Below, one piece after another: positions 1-9,138 of a stretch of 64,000 nt of DNA. The stretch covers positions 128,001-192,000 of the forward strand of contig OZ219866.1 of assembly GCA_964291675.2 (NCBI GenBank). The letters run 5' to 3'. Origin of the DNA: Alphaproteobacteria bacterium (GTDB taxonomy: Bacteria > Pseudomonadota > Alphaproteobacteria > MPNO01). The notes under the pieces were generated by a model that saw only the letters and a list, made by a program, of their open reading frames with translations, searched no databases and was not told the origin of the DNA. Position 1 is the first letter of the stretch. Each line of letters opens with the position of its first letter. Both the position numbers and the translations under genes were made by a program.

Positions 1-2534
1 TCCACATGACGCTCGACGATGCCCCGCGTGATGCGCTCGCACGCCATGTCGGCAAGCGTCAGATACATCAGCTGCGCCGGGTAGGTGCCCCCCTTGCAGA
101 CCAGGTGATTGTCGAGCCACTGGCGTGCGACCCGCTTGAGTTGTCCGAACAGGTGCAGCCTTGGCTCCTCGCCCGGGTCGCGCCATTTCGTCTCTAGCAG
201 GCGCTTAGTGAGGTGAAACAACAGGGTCGAGTGCCGAAGGTCGCGCGTGTGCACTAGGTTGAGGTCAACCCCTTCGCCGATGATGCCTTCATTGCGGGTG
301 ACGGAGGGGCCGACGAGGTCAGGAGTCAGCACCAGTGTGTCATCGTCATTGAAGGCCGCCTGAAGACGCTCCTCCGGCAACTCCACGCGGTAGCCCTGGA
401 CGCGGGGGAAGCGAATTTCGCAACGGTCACGCTCCGGCGTGACCGCCTTGACCTGCACGGTCCGGCGGGGCGGCTGCGGCCTGGCGATCACGGGCTTCGC
501 CGTGAAGTCGAAGGGGATGCCGAGCACGTCGGCGTAGTCGACCGGAAAGAATCCATCCTCGCCTAGCTCGTAGGACTGCCGGCGCAATGCCCGGCCCACC
601 GCCTGCTCGCACAGGAGCTGCGTGCCGAAGGCCCGCACGCCGAGCACGTGGGTAACGGTGTTGGCGTCCCACCCTTCCGTCAGCATCGAGACCGAGACGA
701 CGCAGCGGATCGTCTCACCTAGTTGGTCTTTCTTGCCGACGGTATTCATCACCTCGCGCAGCAGGTCCTGGTCGGAAAGGTTGTCGCCGGCCCGGATGTC
801 GCCGGTGCGCTGTATGCGTTCGCGGCGGAAACGGTCGATTTCATCTGCCGCCATGGCGCGGAAATCACGATCAAGTGCCTCCCCCGACTCAAGCTGGGTG
901 CTGTCGATCAGCAGCGTGCGTGGGCGCGCGATCGCGTTGCCGTAGTCATCGAAATTGCGGAACAGCTCCAGGCGGCCATTCTCCAGCGTCGTGGAGCCGT
1001 CCGGGTTCTCGCGGTGGAAGCCGGCGATGTAGTCGTAGATCAGCTTCGAGGTCGAGGTGTTGTTGCAGACAACGATGAAGCAAGGCGGGACCTCGATGTC
1101 GGCGTTGTCCCACAGCGCGAAGGTTTCTTTGTAGTGTCCGTAGAGGGCTTGCAGAGCCGTCTGCAGCGTCACAGGAATCTGCAACGGATCGAGGTTGGCG
1201 GCCTTGCCGCGGCCCTTCCTCGGCATGTCCCTCCGGATGTGCTCCCACAGGTTGCGAAATTTCGGCATGTCGCCGCCGGGAATGTTGTCGGCCACCGGCA
1301 CCCGGGGCAGCTTGACGATGCCGCACTCGATGGCGTCCATGAGCGAGAAGTCGCTCATCGTCCAAGGGAAGAGCGTCCCTTCCGCGTAGCCCGAGCCGCG
1401 CAGGAAGAACGGCGTCGCCGAGAGATCGATCACCCGGGCGAGGCCGAGCCTCTGGCCAACCGCTTCCAGCCCGGATATCCAGAGCCTCGCGGCCTCTCGA
1501 TTCTTCTCGGCTTCCTTGCGGTCCTCGCCCTTCAGATCGCCTTCGTCGTCCTCGCCGGGCTTTTCGCGGTAGCAATGGTGGGCCTCGTCGTTCAGCGCCA
1601 GCACGTTCCTCATGCCCATGAGCTCGGGCATGACCCGCTGGAGCATCTGTCCTTCGCTCTCGGTCGACTTCAGGTCGGGACCGCGGCCCTGGAGGAGGGC
1701 ACGACCGCCCCTGGAGACCTCCATCGTCTCGCGGCGCTTGAAGGCGTGGAAGTTGGTGATGACGATCTTCGCTCGCTCGAGATCGCCCAGCATGTCGCCC
1801 GGCACGAGTTCCCGGCTCCGGTAGTAGCTGTCCGGGTCGTTGGGCTGGAGTACGCGGAGCCGGTCCTTGATGGTGATGCCGGGGGTGACGATCAGGAAGC
1901 CCCGTGTGAAGCGCCGGCTGCCGGGGCGGCGCACCGCATTGATCGTCTGCCACGCGATGATCATGGCCATGACTGTGGTCTTGCCGGCCCCAGTGGCGAG
2001 CTTCAGCGCAAGCCGGCTCAGGTCGGGGTTCGCCTCATCGTTGGCTTGGCCGAGGTGTTCTAGGAACTGCCGTCCGGCACCGAGATTGGGCGCGACTTCG
2101 GTCAGCCAGATCACCGTCTCCACCGCCTCGACCTGGCAGAAGAACGGGCGGATGTCGTTGAACCTGTGGTGACGCCAATGGTGCAACAGCCGGGCCGTCT
2201 CCGGCGTTACGCGCCACTCGCCGAGGTCGGTCAGCGCCCGCCAGCGGTCGACGGCGTTGCGGACGCTGTTGATCGTCTGCGCCAGCTCGTATTGCTGGTC
2301 CTCGGTCGCGACCCGCTGTGCCTCCTCGTCGAACCCCAACGCCTGCTGACCTTGAGCGGCTTTGCCCTTCTTCGGCTTGGGGATCGGAGTGATGAACGAG
2401 ACTTGGCGCCGTCGATCGAGGATGCGGTTGGTGGGCTGGCCGCTCTGGTCAAGCTCCCAGTGCCGCGCCGGATACTCATAGGGTGAATTGAGGATCGGGC
2501 GGTCGAAGAACTGCTCGTTCGTGTCCATGTCCAT
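1..2534 (-). CDS. Type III restriction enzyme Res subunit (BPTD_3080-like DEAD helicase/endonuclease), runs off left edge
   Basis: Manual translation from ATG 2534/2528: MDTNEQFFDRPILNSPYEYPARHWELD...; LKLATGAGKTTVM (Walker A), LNDEAHHCY (DEAH), VSMLTEGWDANTVT. Absent from the ORF track because no stop lies in the window. Confidence 0.85.
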   Translation of the reverse strand, partial: MDMDTNEQFFDRPILNSPYEYPARHWELDQSGQPTNRILDRRRQVSFITPIPKPKKGKAAQGQQALGFDEEAQRVATEDQQYELAQTINSVRNAVDRWRALTDLGEWRVTPETARLLHHWRHHRFNDIRPFFCQVEAVETVIWLTEVAPNLGAGRQFLEHLGQANDEANPDLSRLALKLATGAGKTTVMAMIIAWQTINAVRRPGSRRFTRGFLIVTPGITIKDRLRVLQPNDPDSYYRSRELVPGDMLGDLERAKIVITNFHAFKRRETMEVSRGGRALLQGRGPDLKSTESEGQMLQRVMPELMGMRNVLALNDEAHHCYREKPGEDDEGDLKGEDRKEAEKNREAARLWISGLEAVGQRLGLARVIDLSATPFFLRGSGYAEGTLFPWTMSDFSLMDAIECGIVKLPRVPVADNIPGGDMPKFRNLWEHIRRDMPRKGRGKAANLDPLQIPVTLQTALQALYGHYKETFALWDNADIEVPPCFIVVCNNTSTSKLIYDYIAGFHRENPDGSTTLENGRLELFRNFDDYGNAIARPRTLLIDSTQLESGEALDRDFRAMAADEIDRFRRERIQRTGDIRAGDNLSDQDLLREVMNTVGKKDQLGETIRCVVSVSMLTEGWDANTVTHVLGVRAFGTQLLCEQAVGRALRRQSYELGEDGFFPVDYADVLGIPFDFTAKPVIARPQPPRRTVQVKAVTPERDRCEIRFPRVQGYRVELPEERLQAAFNDDDTLVLTPDLVGPSVTRNEGIIGEGVDLNLVHTRDLRHSTLLFHLTKRLLETKWRDPGEEPRLHLFGQLKRVARQWLDNHLVCKGGTYPAQLMYLTLADMACERITRGIVERHV

Positions 2535-2694
2535 CCACGGTCCCGGTCAGGAATTCCATGGGCTGTGAGGGTCGCGACTGCAACACCTTCAAGCTACAGC
2601 AGCCAATCGGACCATTCTAGGTGAGGCTTATGACTTCGGTTCGAGCATGGCGTGCCATCGCCCTTGTCGGCGGAGCAGGGCGCGGTGAGCAAGA

Positions 2695-2934
2695 TCCGCA
2701 CTCTCCAGGGTGCGCGAAGTGCTGGCGGAGGACGACCGGCACATGGCGGAAGCCCTGGTGCCCGAGCGCAAGGGCGATGATCCGCGCCGGAGGCAGGAGC
2801 GCATCGCCACCCTTCTCGACGACCCGGAGAAACTGCGCGAGCTGTACAAGCGTCAGATTGAGCGGAGGGAGGCGCGCAAGGCCGCCCGGCACCGGCGCAA
2901 GGGGCGCTACCGGGTTAGAGGCATGCGTATGTAG
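2695..2934 (+). pseudogene. 3'-terminal fragment of a relaxase gene; inverted diverged copy of 15336..15575
   Basis: Encodes REVLAEDDRHMAEALVPERKGDDPRRRQERI...RGMRM*, matching the C-terminus of the 15336..20258 relaxase; about 28 mismatches in 240 bp by manual count. Confidence 0.9.
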
Positions 2935-3163
2935 ACCGACCGGGACGGGACCGCAACGAGATCATTCCCTCCCTGCCCCAGCCTCCGTGGTCTTGCTCAT
3001 CGTATCCAGCGCTGCGAACAAGGGCGACGGCACCCTCGATGTCGGATCCCTGTCCTGCATCGACTGATGGACAGGGTTACTTTGGTCGAAGGTCGCTCGC
3101 CCCCGCAGGTGTTGACAGATATCTTCCAGGCGTCTGATAGGCGATAAGGAAGGTTCAGGAACG

Positions 3164-4093
3164 ATGAACCGCCAAGACCCTTCAGGCGCTCCGTGCGCCA
3201 TGGCTCCCGGGCTGTTTCCATCCGATGCGGCGTGGGCTCGAACGCAGGTTCTCGATGCCGAGGCGACCGGGGTGGGCGAATTCGATCTCGATGAATTCGG
3301 GCGATATCGCCGCATCCGGATCCTCACCTACTCTTCGAGCACGCAGATGCTGAGCACCGTTCTCGAGCGGTTCGAGGAAGCACGCGTCGAGTGTGTGCTC
3401 GGCTATTCGCGGGCCGTGAACGACATGGCCGCGATCATCGCCCTGCAGACCGCCGCGATGGAGGATGTCCGCAGTGCCCTTCGCGGCCTGTCCGCGCCGC
3501 GCCGCGATAAAGTGCTCCTGCGGGTTCGGGAAGGACGCCTGCAGGTTCGGGTGGTGGAAGGACATGTCTCGCACGCGAAGATCTTCCTTCTTTCGGAGGG
3601 GCCGGACGGCGACCGCTACGTGCTGACGGGCTCCGCCAACTTCTCGACATCGGCGCTGCTCGGCGACCAGCACGAGGTGCTCATCCGGTTTCGCGACGAC
3701 CGCGCCTGGAAGCACTTCGAAGGCCAGTATCTGGAGGTCCGGGACCATGCCTCCGCCGAAGTGCCGATCGCAAGGCTTGCGGAGGATCGGGTCGACCCGG
3801 CCAAGGAGGTGCCGCCGAAGGCAGCGCCGGTGTTGGCTCCCGGACGCGGCGCGCAGGTCGTACAGCTTGCTCAGCCGACGGAGTCGGATGACTCCGTGGA
3901 GCGCGGCCGTCGGGTGGAGAAGCGCTACGATGTGGTGCTGCCGGCGCTGCCGAAGGAGACGCGGGGCACCGGAAAGGCGACGCTCAAACTCGACGGGACG
4001 ATACGAAAACACTTCTCCGGGCTCATCCGGCACCAGACTCGGCGACTGGACCCCACCCATCCGACCTTTTCCCTGGATACGGCGTCGCAGTAA
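3164..4093 (+). CDS. Phospholipase D-family (HKD) nuclease-like protein, probably C-terminally truncated
   Basis: SHAKIFLL...VLTGSANFS single HxK/GSxN motif; the ORF ends where AT-rich sequence begins. Confidence 0.7.
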   Translation: MNRQDPSGAPCAMAPGLFPSDAAWARTQVLDAEATGVGEFDLDEFGRYRRIRILTYSSSTQMLSTVLERFEEARVECVLGYSRAVNDMAAIIALQTAAMEDVRSALRGLSAPRRDKVLLRVREGRLQVRVVEGHVSHAKIFLLSEGPDGDRYVLTGSANFSTSALLGDQHEVLIRFRDDRAWKHFEGQYLEVRDHASAEVPIARLAEDRVDPAKEVPPKAAPVLAPGRGAQVVQLAQPTESDDSVERGRRVEKRYDVVLPALPKETRGTGKATLKLDGTIRKHFSGLIRHQTRRLDPTHPTFSLDTASQ

Positions 4094-4320
4094 TTCCTCA
4101 GACATTGAGAACCCTTCGTTACTATGTAAACAGAATTACTAAATATGGCTGAGGTGTGACATGACAGATAAGCAAAGCTCTCTGGAGCAAAATATCGAGG
4201 TGCCTAAGGTCAGTTTGACCCATATTCGAGGTATTGATTCCGATGAGCCAATGGTCAGCTTCACTTGGAGTAGGCCAGACTGAATGCCCAGGATCTTTCG
4301 GAACGACAGGTCGGGCAATA

Positions 4321-5169
4321 ATGATCAGACTCGTCAGCTGGAATATCGACAAGCAGTCGGAGCCGTGGTGTGAGCTGGCGGAAATGGCGCGCCGCGGGGA
4401 GGCGGATGTCGCGCTGTTGCAGGAGGCCGGTCGACCGCCCGACGACGTGAGCCATCTGCTCCACTATGAGGACGACGTCTTCTGGGACCGGTCCTTTTAC
4501 GACCGCTGGCCGCTGGTCGTACAGTTGTCCGATCGGGTCGAGGTCGAGTGGTTCCGGCAGGTTCCGCCGTTCAGCGAGTTGGACGAGCGCGATATCGGCG
4601 TGACCGGCATCGGAACGATCGCCGTCGCGAGAGTGACACCGCGGGGCCAACCGCAGGAAGCGTTCGTGGCCGCGTCCATGTATGCGCGGTGGATGAGGGC
4701 TCATCCGTCCGCCGGAAAACGTCCCGGCCTCTCCGCCGACGGCTCGGCGCACCGCATCCTCTCGGACTTGATGGCATTCATCGACTACGACGATCCATCC
4801 CGCCACCGCATTCTTGCCGCGGGCGATCTGAATCTGATCTACGGCTCGACCGGTCGAACCAAGACATATCTTCAGCGCGAGCGCACGGTTTGGGACCGCT
4901 TCGAGGCGCTCGGCCTGGCGTTTCTCGGGCCGCAGGCGCCGAACGGCCGGCCAGCGTCGTCGCCCCAGCCGGCCGTTGCAACCGACACGCGGAACGTCCC
5001 CACGTACCACACCTCTTCGCAATCTCCAGCCACGGCCGACCGCCAACTCGACTACGCCTTCGCGTCGCGCGGATTTCACGAACAGATAAGGGTTCGCGCG
5101 ATGAACGGGGTCGACGAATGGGGATCGAGCGACCATTGCAGGCTGCTGATCGAGATCGCCAACGGATGA
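4321..5169 (+). CDS. Endonuclease/exonuclease/phosphatase (EEP) family protein
   Basis: Motifs VSWNI, LLQE, GDLN, LDY, SDH in canonical order; ATG at 4321. Confidence 0.85.
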   Translation: MIRLVSWNIDKQSEPWCELAEMARRGEADVALLQEAGRPPDDVSHLLHYEDDVFWDRSFYDRWPLVVQLSDRVEVEWFRQVPPFSELDERDIGVTGIGTIAVARVTPRGQPQEAFVAASMYARWMRAHPSAGKRPGLSADGSAHRILSDLMAFIDYDDPSRHRILAAGDLNLIYGSTGRTKTYLQRERTVWDRFEALGLAFLGPQAPNGRPASSPQPAVATDTRNVPTYHTSSQSPATADRQLDYAFASRGFHEQIRVRAMNGVDEWGSSDHCRLLIEIANG

Positions 5170-5206
5170 CGTAAGACCTTCGTCTTCCTGCCGATCGCGG
5201 TCTCGC

Positions 5207-5458
5207 TTATGGGCTTGGCCTGCTTAGAAAGTGGGAGATTTCGTCAGCGACAACCCCGAAGGGTGTCGTGTCCTTCAAGTCTTCTCCCATAACGTGTCGG
5301 ACCAGCCGCAACAGCGTCGGCGCATCGATTCTTCGATCCGAAGCCCGGCAGACACGCAGATTTGCCTCATGACCGCCGCAGTCATTGCAGCGGGCGTCGT
5401 CGTCTCTCGATGGCACGAACAGCCACCCACAGTCGCTCTTGCATTCTTTCAGCTTCAT
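5207..5458 (-). CDS. Small hypothetical protein with Cys pairs (possible Zn ribbon)
   Basis: GGAG upstream of ATG 5458; CKSDC...CNDC. Confidence 0.3.
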   Translation of the reverse strand: MKLKECKSDCGWLFVPSRDDDARCNDCGGHEANLRVCRASDRRIDAPTLLRLVRHVMGEDLKDTTPFGVVADEISHFLSRPSP

Positions 5459-5579
5459 TTTCCACTCCCATTTATCGGGCTGATCTAGGCCCACCAGCTT
5501 GCGCGCCTCTACCGCGGCCGCTAGACGCTGACCAACACTTTCTTACGGCCGCGACTGGCTACTGTCACCTCGCCCCAAA

Positions 5580-6092
5580 TGCAGCGCATGTCCGTCACGC
5601 CGATCGCCAGCCATACCCGAGTCGAGGATGGGACCGGGATCATCCGTCCAGCGCCCGCACCACCCGGCACAGCGCCTCCACGTCGAACGACCTGCTCGCG
5701 CTCACCCGGTGACCGCTCGGCAGCGCAATCTCGATCCGACCATCCGACGCCGAGGCCGGCTCCGCCACTACCGGCAGGAAGGACAGCGCACCCCCCACCA
5801 TCCTCCGTCGGCCGGTAGCGCGGATCGCGGCGCCACTTAAAGATCGGGTTGGCGTTGATGTCGTAACGGCGCCCAACCTGGGACACCGAAACTCCCGGCG
5901 CGTAGATCTGCGCCACGATCCGGCGCTTCTCATCCTCCGACCAGAAACGGCGTGTCCGACGCGCCACCGCAAAGCCTCCTCCGATGGTGCCCACTAACCG
6001 ATGGTGGACACCATCGACCTCCGAACCATCCCGTCGGAAACTGAAGTTTCAAACAGATACGCCGCAAGGCCAGTCACGCCAGACGGTCTTAC
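5580..6092 (-). mobile_element. IS66-family remnant (frameshifted tnpA, truncated tnpB, left end)
   Basis: RRFWSEDEKRRIV...VSQVGRRYDINANPIFKWRR, then GRIEIALPSGHRV...ALCRVVRAL in another frame (tnpA); MIPVPSSTRVWLAIGVTDMR (tnpB start, 5643); GTAAG terminus at 6092 on the minus strand. Confidence 0.8.
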
Positions 6093-6132
6093 ATCGATAA
6101 TGCCTGACTCTCGATTCCACCGTAGGACGGAC

Positions 6133-6652
6133 TCAGATCTCAAGTAACATGTCCAATGTCTGTTCTTCGATACTCTCCAGCGCACCTAAATCCACGACCA
6201 CGGAATAGTCTGCTCGCATTAAGAGTGCTGTCGGCAAACTTTCCCGATAGGCCCCTTCCACTCCCGGGACGATGTTACCTGCCCATGCCCGATCCAATTG
6301 CTACACGCCGGTCCACCTCCTTATTCCACAACACCCTCAGCGCCTCCGCTTCAACTATTTGGTTTGCTCCGGCTTTGCGATTGACCTCCAACCATGCGGA
6401 TAGGTCCGCATCGTGAGTCGCTCCGAACCACTGCGCCCAGATATTCCACTGGTTCCATTCGTCCCTCGCGGTTGGTCCAAAGTTAAAGAGACTTACCCAA
6501 CCACGCGCGCTGACAAACGAACTCCGGTGTCGGTTTCCTGGCTTGATAAATCCGTCCCGCTTGATCCCCCGAAGTCCGTCCACGCTTGTCGCATGCCATA
6601 GTCTCCCGTCCAGTACGGCCCAGGCTCCAGGTCCACATCCCGGATCTCTCAC
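6133..6652 (-). pseudogene. Hypothetical protein, possibly ADP-ribosyltransferase-like fold, apparently frameshifted near 6280-6330
   Basis: LWHATS.DGLRGIKRDGFI.P and VSLFNF; after the stop at 6275 a second frame continues GNIVPGVEGAYRESLP... to TGA at 6133. Confidence 0.35.
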
Positions 6653-7027
6653 AGATTTCGTTCCTCTACTTTCTACTCAGTCTTCAGCCCATCCGAAACT
6701 GTGCCAGGTACTGCGGAGGTCCATGCACTTGCAATGTGGATGAGACCGGAACTGCGGACTTCGTACCACCTTTGCCGCGACCTATCACGCCCGAACAGAA
6801 TCGACGCTCCCGCCCTCCGTCGTGATCCCGACAGAGTCGCCCACGCGAGTTCACTCCTTTAGCGAACGGTCACCTTAGGGCCGGAAGTCAATATGCATCC
6901 GCCGAAGACCGCAGAGGTAGGTAGGTCGATGTTGAGATGCAAGCAGGTGCGGGGCGGATTGCCACCGGCCGTGGCCCGAATTGCGTTCGAAGTCGGAGCC
7001 CTGGAGACTGCGATATAGGGCCGGACA

Positions 7028-7948
7028 TCAACTCTTGCCCAGAACATCGGTCAGCTTTCGCGCCTTCTGCAGGCGTGCGAAGGATGTGTAGCGCGGACCC
7101 TGCATGGCGCCAGGATGGGCGTCTCCATAAGGTATGGGCCCGATGGGCTTGGCGCTCTCCGAAAACACGACCTTGTACTTGCCGCCTTCACCATAGGGCT
7201 CGATACGGGATACAGGGGCGTAGTGCGTGATGGCCGAAACAGGTTGCGTGCGGTACGCGGCGATGTACTTGATCTTGTCGAGCATACCGCCCGAGATGCG
7301 GATCGCGTACCAACAGTCTTCGCCGAGGAACGTCTCCTCAAACCCGTCCTTCTGGGCCGGGACGATGATCGTGTCGCGCTTGCGGCTGCTCGGCTGTGTA
7401 CCGGTCAGAGGATCGGTGGCGAGCGGAGCCGCTACCGCCTTCGGGAATTCAAATGCGCGCAGGCCGACGAGGGGCAGGATTTGCAGGATTTCCTTCATGA
7501 ACCCTTGGGTATCGGCTTTCTCCGCTTCGGTCAGAGCAGGCTCCTGGGGCGCGTTGCCGTTGTCCAGGTAGCAGCGCCTTGTCTCCGTGGCCCTCTTGAC
7601 AAGGGCATATTCGAGCCAGGTGACGTGAGCCCGGTTCAGGCCCCCGCTGGTCGAAACGAATACCGCGGCCCAATCCCAAAATTCCTTGTCCTTGTGGTGT
7701 GAGTCGATGCGCCCCCTAACGCCGTCGGCTTGCCCGACATAGAGGGTAGGCAAGTCATCGATCTCATCGCGGTAGCCGACGAGAATGTAGACACCGGTGC
7801 GCTGCATCTCACCGCGCTTGCGAACCTTGGACCAGTCGGACCTGCGAAGTACCAGCCCAAGACCGGTCCAGTTCATGCGATCGATCAGGCGGACCCCTTC
7901 CGGGTCGCCGTCGGGGACAAAGATGCGGATGGTGAACGGATCGGCCAT
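7028..7948 (-). CDS. GIY-YIG nuclease family protein
   Basis: MADPFTIRIF...GVYILVG...LYVGQADGVRGRIDSH...WLEY; ATG overlaps the upstream TGA (TGATG). Confidence 0.8.
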   Translation of the reverse strand: MADPFTIRIFVPDGDPEGVRLIDRMNWTGLGLVLRRSDWSKVRKRGEMQRTGVYILVGYRDEIDDLPTLYVGQADGVRGRIDSHHKDKEFWDWAAVFVSTSGGLNRAHVTWLEYALVKRATETRRCYLDNGNAPQEPALTEAEKADTQGFMKEILQILPLVGLRAFEFPKAVAAPLATDPLTGTQPSSRKRDTIIVPAQKDGFEETFLGEDCWYAIRISGGMLDKIKYIAAYRTQPVSAITHYAPVSRIEPYGEGGKYKVVFSESAKPIGPIPYGDAHPGAMQGPRYTSFARLQKARKLTDVLGKS

Positions 7949-9138
7949 CACTGCCTCGCAACGAGCGACGCCGAGTTTGTGTCGTATCGAAACCGGATAA
8001 TGGTTCCCTCCCGGATCTTCTCGACCGCCTCGTCGATGGCGTCGAGAGGGGCTAGGAACCACTCGCGCGGGACGACGGGATTGCCGAAGCGGTCCTCGAT
8101 CTCGATGTCAAGACGCGCCGGAGCGAAGATCCGATGGACCAGCTTTTCGAGCTTGGCGCGATCGATATTATACAAACTGTAAGTGGCGACGACTTCGACC
8201 TCAGCCATCAGGAACGTCGGATCGAGCCGCGCGCCGGCTATGCGCGCCTCCACCTTCGTGGTGGTGACACCGATCTTGTGCACGAGGTTTCGGTTCTCGG
8301 TGACGAACGGAATGTCCGCCTTGCTCCGCAGCACATAGATCGTACCGCTGGCCTCGTCGTCGTCCGCAGTCGCATTGGCGAACAGCGGACCTGCGGATGT
8401 CTCCAGTATCCGCCTGCCCGTCTCGTCCTTGTGGAGCGCGCGCTGGAGCGAGCGCCTGAGCATGTTGCTCTCAGTGCCGTTGTCGAAGATCACGCGCAGC
8501 CGCGCATCCCGGTCGCCGTAGCTTTGCGTGAACTCATCGCCCATCTCGGCCACATAGGCTTTCTGCCCGCCGACGATGAAGAACCGGCCGGGCTCAATGT
8601 CGGACTGGATGCCCAGCGGACGGGTCTCCCGGAGCCCGGCGTCCAGCTCCTTTTGCACCTGCTCGAAGAGCGGTCGGAACTTCTCGAAATCCCCGCACTT
8701 GCTGCGCGTTGCGATTTCCTCAGCGGTGCGTTTCTCCGCGCTCGACCGGACGTGGCGAAGGTTGGTGATGTCAGATGCTCCGGCCTCAACGCCGAGTTCC
8801 GCCAGCAAGGCGGCGTCGTCTATGGTATCCGGTGAGGCGGGCGCGGCTTCGCGTTGATGCTCCAGAAGCTCCTTACTGTCGAAAGGGGCTAGCAGTGCGC
8901 GGCATTCGTCCTGCTCGCGGATGCGGTCCAGGCGCACGGCATAGAGGCGTTCGAAGATGTCGCCGTCCTCGCCGTGGCGCGGGGCGCGGCCATGCGTCTC
9001 TACGAAACGCTGGATCTCCTCGAAGCCCGCGATGATCCGTTCCTCACGCGGCGTGCGGCCTACCGTCCTTTCGGGCTCGACGTCGACACCCAGTTCGGCG
9101 AGCAAGGCGTCGTCCTCGTCGGTGAACGTCCTAGCCAT
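7948..9138 (-). CDS. YeeC-like T5orf172/MUG113 (GIY-YIG-related) protein
   Basis: GTIYVLRS...HKIGVT...VEARI...LEKLVHRIF...PREWF; follows the YeeB-like helicase. Confidence 0.8.
   Translation of the reverse strand: MARTFTDEDDALLAELGVDVEPERTVGRTPREERIIAGFEEIQRFVETHGRAPRHGEDGDIFERLYAVRLDRIREQDECRALLAPFDSKELLEHQREAAPASPDTIDDAALLAELGVEAGASDITNLRHVRSSAEKRTAEEIATRSKCGDFEKFRPLFEQVQKELDAGLRETRPLGIQSDIEPGRFFIVGGQKAYVAEMGDEFTQSYGDRDARLRVIFDNGTESNMLRRSLQRALHKDETGRRILETSAGPLFANATADDDEASGTIYVLRSKADIPFVTENRNLVHKIGVTTTKVEARIAGARLDPTFLMAEVEVVATYSLYNIDRAKLEKLVHRIFAPARLDIEIEDRFGNPVVPREWFLAPLDAIDEAVEKIREGTIIRFRYDTNSASLVARQ

Noticed and set aside
723-2063. 446-aa plus-strand ORF, and similar long ORFs such as 8957..11194, 15360..17891, 46779..49061 and 54995..56986
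   Set aside because: Antisense shadows of recognisable genes in high-GC DNA; no protein motifs.
5171-6092. GTAAGACC / GGTCTTAC as both terminal repeats of an intact short IS66 derivative
   Set aside because: Only 8 bp match, no flanking target duplication and no tnpC sequence between them; only the 6092 end is accepted.
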